From an uncultured archaeon (GTDB lineage Archaea; Asgardarchaeota; Lokiarchaeia; Sigyniarchaeales; SOKP01): a DNA stretch of 13,854 bases. Each line of letters begins with the position of its first letter. Within the stretch, counting starts at the first letter, position 1. This document shows positions 7,532-13,854 of this stretch, one piece after another. The position numbers and the translations under genes were made by a program. The DNA is taken from the NCBI GenBank assembly GCA_964508365.1, contig CAZDTP010000079.1:1-13854 (forward strand). The letters are read 5' to 3'. The notes under the pieces were generated by a model. It did not search any database and was not told where the DNA came from. It saw only the letters and a program-made list of their open reading frames with translations.

Positions 7532-8515
7532 TCAATCTCTCTTTTGATAGGTGATTTTTTCTAAAGCTCCTAAAAAATAATCGTTTTCTTTTCTAGTTCC
7601 TATTGTAACCCGAAAATATTCTGAACCAAGTTGTTTTGATACGTCGAGTACCAATACTCCTTGCTCGGTAAGCTTTTTTGAAATGTTAGGAATTGTTGTT
7701 TTCATTAATAAAAAATTCGAATAACTTTTAAAAACTGAAATATCTAATTTTGAAGCAACACTCCTAATTCGATTTTTTTCTTTTTCAACATCGTTAATAT
7801 ATTCTATTGCATAGTTTTTATTTTTCAAGGCACTTATGCCAGCTACTACGTTTGGATAAGGTAGCATTGTATTAATTCCGAGAAACCTCTTTTGGACAGT
7901 CTCTCCTCCAATTATATATCCCACTCCTAACCCGGACAATCCAAACCCCTTGCTTAATGTTCTCAAAATAGCTAGATTAGGATAATCTGCGATTAAATTA
8001 GCATATGTTACATTTGAAAATTCAAAATAAGCTTCGTCTACCAAAAAAATGATGTTTTCATTTTCTAATATCAATTTTACTTCGTTTTTATCTAAAATTA
8101 TATTTCCAGTTGGGTTGTTAGGGTTATCTAAAATTATTAACGTTGGTTTTTTTAACTCATCAATTAACGGTACAATTGAAAGTTTAAATTCAGGTTCTTT
8201 TAATCTTACCTTTAAAATTGAAGAATAGGTCTTTCGACAGGTCGCATTAATTAAAAAAAAAGACGGATCAGCGAGAATAATTTGCCTATTTTTCGAAAAA
8301 AGATAAATAAATTCTTTTAGCAAGATATCAGATGCGGAACTAATAATAATTGAATTTTTAGGAGAATTCGTATATTTACTTAATAAAGATAATAATTCGT
8401 CTACTTTACGTTGAGGAGTATATCGATTTAAGAATTCTATGCTTTCTTTGATAGGATCGGTAATCTCTCTTGGAAGCTTTATAGGCATTTCGTTTCTATC
8501 TAATCTAATTAACAT
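7532..8515 (-). CDS. PLP-dependent class I/II aminotransferase, HisC/CobD-like
   Basis: Motifs RLDRNE, DNPNNPTG, VDEAYFEF, LRTLSKGFGL (PLP lysine), SNFLL and FRVTIG. ATG 8515 is preferred; the track start TTG 8536 adds 7 aa. Substrate is uncertain. Confidence 0.85.
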   Translation of the reverse strand: MLIRLDRNEMPIKLPREITDPIKESIEFLNRYTPQRKVDELLSLLSKYTNSPKNSIIISSASDILLKEFIYLFSKNRQIILADPSFFLINATCRKTYSSILKVRLKEPEFKLSIVPLIDELKKPTLIILDNPNNPTGNIILDKNEVKLILENENIIFLVDEAYFEFSNVTYANLIADYPNLAILRTLSKGFGLSGLGVGYIIGGETVQKRFLGINTMLPYPNVVAGISALKNKNYAIEYINDVEKEKNRIRSVASKLDISVFKSYSNFLLMKTTIPNISKKLTEQGVLVLDVSKQLGSEYFRVTIGTRKENDYFLGALEKITYQKRD

Positions 8516-8598
8516 GCTTCGTACCCTAATTGGCAAGAATCGCTCTTTTTATTCGATTATTATTTTTCAATATATTAACTATGTTAGAAATTAAATGC

Positions 8599-9723
8599 TT
8601 AACATTCAATTTCTATTATTAGCTCCTCCTTGTATCCGATTATCACTTTTGCAAGTCCTTTAAGCATTTCATCGGTCTTAATATCGCCAGTATCTACCAT
8701 TAAACATCTTAAACCTTTAATTTTTTCTTCAGTTGAAACTATTTTAATATTCTTTTTTCCAATTTTTTTTAGAACTTTAGGAGTAAATTGCTTATTACCT
8801 CTTCCAAAAATAAAACCTTGTCCACCTATTGGTGAGACGATAATTTTTGCCTTTTTATGTTTATTCAAAAGTTCTAGGATTCCACGTTCATTTAAATCTA
8901 TCCCAATAATCTTACCGTTATAAAGAGCATCTACTCCAAGTAAGCTTTTTTTTAACTTTAACTGATCAGTGATTGCTTTTACAGTTGTACCAGGCCCAAG
9001 GAAATATAATATTTCATCTACTAAATTTTCAATTACATGTTGAGCAACTTCATGTTTATTTTCTTCAATGGATCTTCCTATTTTAGAACTATCTTTTCCA
9101 GCTTGTAGAAGATTCATAACTTTAGGAACATTTAAGTATCCATATAGTCTTGAATCTAAAATTCCTTCTCGAAACGATTTTTCATTAATATCTAAAACCT
9201 CATTTTCTTGAATTTCTACTGTTTCCTTTATGAATTTGTCAACAATTTCGGCAGCAGCTCTAGGGTTAATGGCAAAAACAGAGCTGAACATTTTAACGCC
9301 AGAAGGTATTGCCACAACAGGTATAGATAAGCCAATGGCATCGTGAATATCTCTGGCTGTCCCGTCTCCGCCACAAAAAATCAATAATTCAATATTTTGT
9401 TGTTTCATCATTATAGCTATTTTTTTTGTATCTTCGGCAGTAGTTTCTTGATTAATATCACCTATTATTTCGAAATCTATGCCCGTTTCTTTCACAATAT
9501 TAGCACCCATATTTCCTGGAGCAACTAATAAGTGAATTTTACCTTTGGTTTTTATATTAGAAAGAAAAGAGCGAATTCTGTCAGGAGTTATTGGCTTAGC
9601 TCCCATTTTAATAGCTTTCTTAAATATATCACCATCAGTTCCTTTAAGTCCTACGCTCCCACCCATGCCTGCAATGGGGTTAATTATTAGACCAATACTT
9701 CTTCTTTTATTATCTATTTCCAA
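8599..9723 (-). CDS. ATP-NAD kinase family protein (COG3199-type); TTG start
   Basis: GLIINPIAGMGGSVGLKGTDG, the GGDGT kinase motif, GVKMFS, GPGTT and GGQGFIFGRGNKQ. Confidence 0.9.
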   Translation of the reverse strand: MEIDNKRRSIGLIINPIAGMGGSVGLKGTDGDIFKKAIKMGAKPITPDRIRSFLSNIKTKGKIHLLVAPGNMGANIVKETGIDFEIIGDINQETTAEDTKKIAIMMKQQNIELLIFCGGDGTARDIHDAIGLSIPVVAIPSGVKMFSSVFAINPRAAAEIVDKFIKETVEIQENEVLDINEKSFREGILDSRLYGYLNVPKVMNLLQAGKDSSKIGRSIEENKHEVAQHVIENLVDEILYFLGPGTTVKAITDQLKLKKSLLGVDALYNGKIIGIDLNERGILELLNKHKKAKIIVSPIGGQGFIFGRGNKQFTPKVLKKIGKKNIKIVSTEEKIKGLRCLMVDTGDIKTDEMLKGLAKVIIGYKEELIIEIEC

Positions 9724-9860
9724 CTTTTATAATCAACTTATATATCTATCAAAATCAATCAGATAGAAATTAATGATAATAATTGAATATTATAATTTGG
9801 AAAAATTATTTAAAAATTATTTATAAAATAAAAAAATATTATATAAATATAAAGTCAATG

Positions 9861-10019
9861 TTACCGATTTCTACGCCTGGGTTTATTACTTTTTATCCGT
9901 CCCATTCCGCGTCTAGAACCTTTTGTGAACCCAGGGGAATCGCTATCAGCACAATCTCCTAAACCTCTACCAGTCTTACTCCCTTTTCCATCTGGTCCAG
10001 TTCTATCTCCTCTTGGCAT
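9861..10019 (-). CDS. DUF5320-like small Gly/Arg-rich protein (52 aa), absent from ORF track
   Basis: Hand translation gives MPRGDRTGPDGKGSKTGRGLGDCADSDSPGFTKGSRRGMGRIKSNKPRRRNR*. It matches the MPxGDxTGPxGxG-x2-TGRGxGxC signature. AAGGAG lies upstream at 10038-10033. Confidence 0.85.
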   Translation of the reverse strand: MPRGDRTGPDGKGSKTGRGLGDCADSDSPGFTKGSRRGMGRIKSNKPRRRNR

Positions 10020-10172
10020 TTTCTTCTCTTATCTCCTTTTATTTTTAAATTCTTTATTTTCTTGTATTATTAATATTAATTTACCTATTTTAATATTAAG
10101 GAATAATTATTCAAAAAAAGTAATTTGAATACTTACAAATATAAAAAAAGATTTAAATTTGCATTCTACTCA

Positions 10173-10222
10173 TCATTTTCCTAAGTACCCTAGAAATCAT
10201 TTTCCTAGTACCCTAGAAATCA
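10173..10222. repeat. Near-perfect tandem duplication, 24 + 23 bp plus partial third unit
   Basis: TCATTTTCCTAAGTACCCTAGAAA (10173-10196), TCATTTTCCTAGTACCCTAGAAA (10197-10219), then TCA. The units differ by one A. Confidence 0.9.
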
Positions 10223-10318
10223 AAAAATTATTAAAAAGGACAAAAATTTAAGTCTAAATTTCTAATAATATATTGAATTTATCATTTTCATTATAACCAG
10301 TTCAGTGAGGTAAATTAT

Positions 10319-10588
10319 ATGGACATAATTGTGTCTAAAGACGAGATAATTGAGTATAAAAAGCTTAAAGTTATTAGTGAAATCACTTTAACAAAGGAAA
10401 AAGTTTCTCTTTTCGAAAGGAAATACGGATGCTCTATAGATGAATTTAGAAAAAGAATGGAGAATTCGAAAGAGAGTTTTGAAGAATGGGATGATTACAT
10501 CGAATGGAAGGCAAATTTTGAATTATTAAAGGATTTGGAAAACAATTTAACTGAACTGGACAATGCAAAAGACATTAAAATTGTTTAA
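10319..10588 (+). CDS. Putative antitoxin partner of DUF6516 (TumA-like), 89 aa
   Basis: GTGAGGT SD at 10305-10311. The FERKYGCSIDEF...WDDYIEW pattern is typical of small acidic proteins found upstream of DUF6516. Its stop overlaps the next start. Confidence 0.75.
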   Translation: MDIIVSKDEIIEYKKLKVISEITLTKEKVSLFERKYGCSIDEFRKRMENSKESFEEWDDYIEWKANFELLKDLENNLTELDNAKDIKIV

Positions 10589-10904
10589 CAAGAGCGGAAT
10601 AATTAAAAAACATACCATTCTTGAAATTAAATATAGTACATCAGCACAATATTTAAAAGCTAGAGTAGAACTTAAGAATGGAGACATATTACATGTAAAG
10701 GAGTACATTTCTTCAACTGAACATTTATATTCATATCATTGGCAAAAAGAAAATGGGGATTTGATAATCAGATGGGACAATTCTCCACATCATAGACATT
10801 TACTAACATTTCCACACCATAAACATAGTCCAGATTTAGAGGAATCCTATGAAACGACTTTTAAAGATGTAATTAAAGTTATCAGTAAAATTTTAAAAAA
10901 ATAA
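10581..10904 (+). CDS. DUF6516 family protein (TumE-like putative toxin)
   Basis: Motifs YSYHWQ, IRWDNSPHH and TFPHHKH. TTG 10581 overlaps the upstream TAA; the alternative start is ATG 10563, as in the track. Confidence 0.85.
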   Translation: MFNKSGIIKKHTILEIKYSTSAQYLKARVELKNGDILHVKEYISSTEHLYSYHWQKENGDLIIRWDNSPHHRHLLTFPHHKHSPDLEESYETTFKDVIKVISKILKK

Positions 10905-10967
10905 GAAGAAAAAAAAATAAAGTTTTACTAAACCTTTTTGTTCATCTTCTTTCGAGCTTTCTTAAGG

Positions 10968-11132
10968 TCACCATCGGAGAAAATGATTTAAAAATGCTTC
11001 CACTCTTTTAGGAAAGACTGGCTTGGCTCCTAATTTAATAGCATCTTTAATAATCTCACTATCTGTTCCTTTTAGCCCTACGCTACCGCCCATCCCTGCG
11101 ATTGGATTTACTATGAGTCCAATTTTCTTCAT
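10968..11132 (-). pseudogene. Truncated ATP-NAD kinase-family paralog (N-terminal 54 aa only)
   Basis: Hand translation gives MKKIGLIVNPIAGMGGSVGLKGTDSEIIKDAIKLGAKPVFPKRVEAFLNHFLRW*. It has 33/45 identities to the N-terminus of 8599..9723. No further similarity was seen in any frame past about 10980. Confidence 0.88.
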
Positions 11133-11333
11133 ATTGATATTTTACCTTTGTAAGAGGTCGAGATAGTTTCACTTATGATTTGAATTTAAAAGTATATTTT
11201 CTTTTACAAACAATATAATTTAGGATTACTTACTTTTATAATTTTAAATTAAAAAATGAAAGGAGAAGAAAATACGCGCAATAATAAAACCTTCGGCTAT
11301 TTGTTAAAAGCTTCGAAATTAATTAACTGTGAG

Positions 11334-11537
11334 TTAATTATCCAATTTATCATAGCAATTTTGGCAGAAAAAGATTTTCCGCCCTTTTGAAACGTCCTTA
11401 ACCATATAACCTTTCTTATGCGCAGTCTCGCAACCCCAACACAGCTTAGTAATATGAGTTTCAACGATGTGATATTCTTTTTTATCAAATTTATCTTCTT
11501 TTATGAGTTCCTTATAACTTACCATTATTTCGCTCAA
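11334..11537 (-). CDS. Small putative zinc-finger protein (67 aa)
   Basis: CWGC...CQNC pairs 21 residues apart. TTG start (or internal ATG). A T-rich tract follows on the minus strand. Confidence 0.65.
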   Translation of the reverse strand: MSEIMVSYKELIKEDKFDKKEYHIVETHITKLCWGCETAHKKGYMVKDVSKGRKIFFCQNCYDKLDN

Positions 11538-11873
11538 CTTTAGTTTTTATAATTCCGAATGATTTTTCGAATAATCATTCAATATATTTTATTATTTGAA
11601 TTGAATCATATGAGATATTTAAGGATTATGAATGCGTATTCAAATAGCAGTAAGAAGGTCTAGAACTATTTTATGAATCTTTTACGTAAATTATATTAAT
11701 AAAAAAGAAAATCTAATCAGTTAAAGGTTTAGAAATTAAATAAATTCAAAAAAAAACAAAAAAAAAAATCGAGTATTTGATTATTCTACTTGCTATGAAT
11801 TTTCATCGGGATTTTTTTTTGAAGGATTTCAACCCTCTTTTATTCTCTCTCAATTTCTAAAATCTTAATTATG

Positions 11874-12848
11874 TTAACTTGAATTAGTAATAAAATTAAT
11901 TGCTTCATTAGCACTGAAAGCAATAAGTTCTTTACATTCTTTACAAGTAGCTCCATATTGCTGAAATTCTTTCCAGTTGTCAAATTTAGTATTAGAAATT
12001 ATTGAGCATTCTAAACTACCCGCTTTATCTAAAAATTTCTCTATTATCCTTCTTCCAGCGGTAAAAACATTCTTATCATCAACTGGATTATTCTTTCTCA
12101 ATTCCTTTGCTGATTTTAATAGACTCCTAATATTTTTAAGCATCCCATAATCCATATAATTTTGCCCTGAATCAACACTAATTGCCATAATCGCTGCAGA
12201 TATCGCTCCACAAGCTCCCCCTTGTAACCCTATACCGCCGTCAAGCGCTACTGAGATCCTTTCTAGAAAAGGGCTTCCTACCGATGTTTTATTTCTCACT
12301 TCTTCAAGAACAGTACGAGCGCAATGGAAACTATTTGATATACCATTATACTGCATGGGATCAATTTCAGGAAGCGAATCTTTGATAGAACAGAGATATT
12401 CCGCAGCACCTCCTGTATGAGACAAACATTTTCTTAAATTTCGAGGGCGGAAAAGACCCATTACACTTTTCCATAGATTTAATCCCGTTCTTTCTCGACA
12501 CAAGGTTGTTCCATATTTTTCATCAAACCAGCTAATGTAATCTTTTATAAGAGCGTGAAGTCGCAATTCATCTTCTATTTCCCAATTTGAGATTTTCGAA
12601 TCAAGAACCGTGGCTAAACTCATTGCACCGCTAAAAATTACTCCACAAGACGAACCCTTTAAAAGAAGCCCGCCCGAACATCCTCCTAACGCTTTTAATA
12701 TATCATCATCCTTCATATCGTAGGCATCTTGAAAAACTCTAATCTGAGTTAAAGCACAACCCATTGTCTTAAGGAGCGTTCTTTTAGCTCTTTTACCTGG
12801 TTCTATGATTTTAATCTCTTTCTTTTGATTAATTGTAATTTTTATCAA
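11874..12848 (-). CDS. Tandem two-domain C-GCAxxG-C-C family putative redox/metal-binding protein
   Basis: Domain 1 has C31, SSCGVIFSGA (C68), KYGTTLCRE (C117) and C141. Domain 2 has C176, GGIGLQGGACGAISAA (C213), KAGSLECS (C281) and TCKEC (C302/C305). TTG start, with an in-frame TAG two codons upstream. Confidence 0.85.
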   Translation of the reverse strand: MIKITINQKKEIKIIEPGKRAKRTLLKTMGCALTQIRVFQDAYDMKDDDILKALGGCSGGLLLKGSSCGVIFSGAMSLATVLDSKISNWEIEDELRLHALIKDYISWFDEKYGTTLCRERTGLNLWKSVMGLFRPRNLRKCLSHTGGAAEYLCSIKDSLPEIDPMQYNGISNSFHCARTVLEEVRNKTSVGSPFLERISVALDGGIGLQGGACGAISAAIMAISVDSGQNYMDYGMLKNIRSLLKSAKELRKNNPVDDKNVFTAGRRIIEKFLDKAGSLECSIISNTKFDNWKEFQQYGATCKECKELIAFSANEAINFITNSS

Positions 12849-13175
12849 CTCCTACTTTTTATGTAATTAAAATAATGTGTTTTTTTTAATATTTAAAGAT
12901 TTCTTTCTTCTTCGAATAATAAATATTACATCTATATGAACTTTTTTATGATCTTATAGTAATAATATAAAACTAGGTGAATCGATTCGTATTCTATTAC
13001 AGAATTATGTTTAAATCAATTGAAAATTTATTAATTGTAATTTCCTATGATTCGGACATCAATAAAACATTTAAGTTCAAATTTATTTAATTTCTTAATG
13101 ATAAAGAAAATAAATATTCACAATCTAAGATATATAGATGAAATTAATAGTCAATAATTCTTAGGTGTAAATAAT

Positions 13176-13854
13176 ATGGAAAAGACACAACTAGTACCCA
13201 CAATGGATGTTTCTGAATGGACTTCAGATATAAGAATTCAAATTTGGGCCCTATTAATTATCTATCATGAATTGAGTTTTTCTCAGTTGGCTCGAAAAAT
13301 AGGAAAAGCAAAATCTACAATTCATCCTCATTTACAAAGACTAATTGAACTAGGGATAATTGAAATTTCAAGAAAAGAACCTGTGAGAGCTAATATAGTT
13401 GCTCATTATTATACTCTAAAACCCGGCTATCAGGAAAAATTGATAGTTATAGGAAAAGTGGATCAATTAGAGAAAAATAGAAAAGAATCTCTTCAAATAG
13501 CTGCTAGATCATTTAAATCTGGAGCTATGTTCAACAAAATGATTTTAGAGAAATATATTGAACTTCTTACAAACTTGGAAGAATCTGAAAATATTGAAGA
13601 ATTGTGGAAAGATCATTTTAAAATTGATTTTAATCAATCCATTTTAGAGAGGGCATTTAACAATTATCAATTTCTAACAGAAAACCAATGGAAAAGGTTA
13701 CAAAAAACAATTTTTCAACTATTTGTTGATTTTGAAAAAGAATGCATTAAGGAAAGGGATAAAAACCCTAATGAAGAAAAGGCTTTCTGTTTTTTTGCTT
13801 CAGCAATTCCTTTGTTAAATCTTTTTAGCTCTCAACTAAAAAAGAAAAAAAATT
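13176..13854 (+). CDS. Winged helix-turn-helix (ArsR-like) transcriptional regulator, 3'-incomplete
   Basis: Hand translation is open from ATG 13176 to the window end: MEKTQLVPTMDVSEWTSDIRIQIWALLIIYHELSFSQLARKIGKAKSTIHPHLQRLIELGIIEI...YYTLKP...IPLLNLFSSQLKKKKN. AGGTG lies upstream. Confidence 0.88.
   Translation, partial: MEKTQLVPTMDVSEWTSDIRIQIWALLIIYHELSFSQLARKIGKAKSTIHPHLQRLIELGIIEISRKEPVRANIVAHYYTLKPGYQEKLIVIGKVDQLEKNRKESLQIAARSFKSGAMFNKMILEKYIELLTNLEESENIEELWKDHFKIDFNQSILERAFNNYQFLTENQWKRLQKTIFQLFVDFEKECIKERDKNPNEEKAFCFFASAIPLLNLFSSQLKKKKN

Noticed and set aside
7486-7534. TGA stop of the aminotransferase as a second Sec codon
   Set aside because: The fold is already complete at this point, the read-through tail (KEWTLFKSCHVYLK) has no redox motif, and no AUGA/GA hairpin was seen downstream.
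839-9766. Track ORFs 839..1039, 4589..4891, 5185..5397, 6695..6925, 6989..7189, 8630..8923 and 9545..9766
   Set aside because: Antisense or alternate-frame shadows inside well-supported genes, with no motifs.
9925-10128. Plus-strand 67-aa ORF
   Set aside because: Antisense shadow of the DUF5320-like gene; its Pro/Ser richness mirrors the Gly/Arg codons on the other strand.
10173-10222. CRISPR mini-array or IS terminal repeat
   Set aside because: The copies are directly adjacent with no spacer, and no cas or transposase gene is in the window.
10968-10970. TGA ending the NAD-kinase fragment as Sec
   Set aside because: Followed by CCT TAA; no homologous Cys position.
11297-11488. Alternate-frame 63-aa ORF
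   Set aside because: Overlaps the CxxC/CxxC ORF on the same strand and lacks motifs.

Overview
AT-rich window with archaeal-type genes, most consistent with an Asgard (Lokiarchaeia-like) genome. That assignment is an inference from the gene families, the TTG starts and the Sec/SECIS architecture. The main result is a peroxiredoxin-like selenoprotein that the ORF track splits. It runs ATG 1601 to TAA 2113 with one in-frame TGA at 1757-1759 in an FFRGNW-U-SHC (UxxC) active site. A eukaryote-like SECIS hairpin (AUGA / 9-bp stem / AAAA loop / GA, 2126-2161) starts 12 nt after the stop. The rest of the window holds a membrane protein, a divergent pair of 3-hydroxyacyl-CoA dehydrogenase-family genes, a Fe-ADH + tungsten AOR operon, a HisC-like PLP enzyme and an ATP-NAD kinase-family gene. 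Beyond these is a rearranged-looking segment: a small DUF5320-type ORF, a 24/23-bp tandem duplication, a DUF6516 toxin-antitoxin-like pair and a truncated NAD-kinase paralog. A small Zn-finger ORF, a double C-GCAxxG-C-C protein and a divergent winged-HTH regulator that runs off the end complete it. No rRNA, tRNA, CRISPR array or transposase was seen. All family names come from motif recognition by eye, not database searches.
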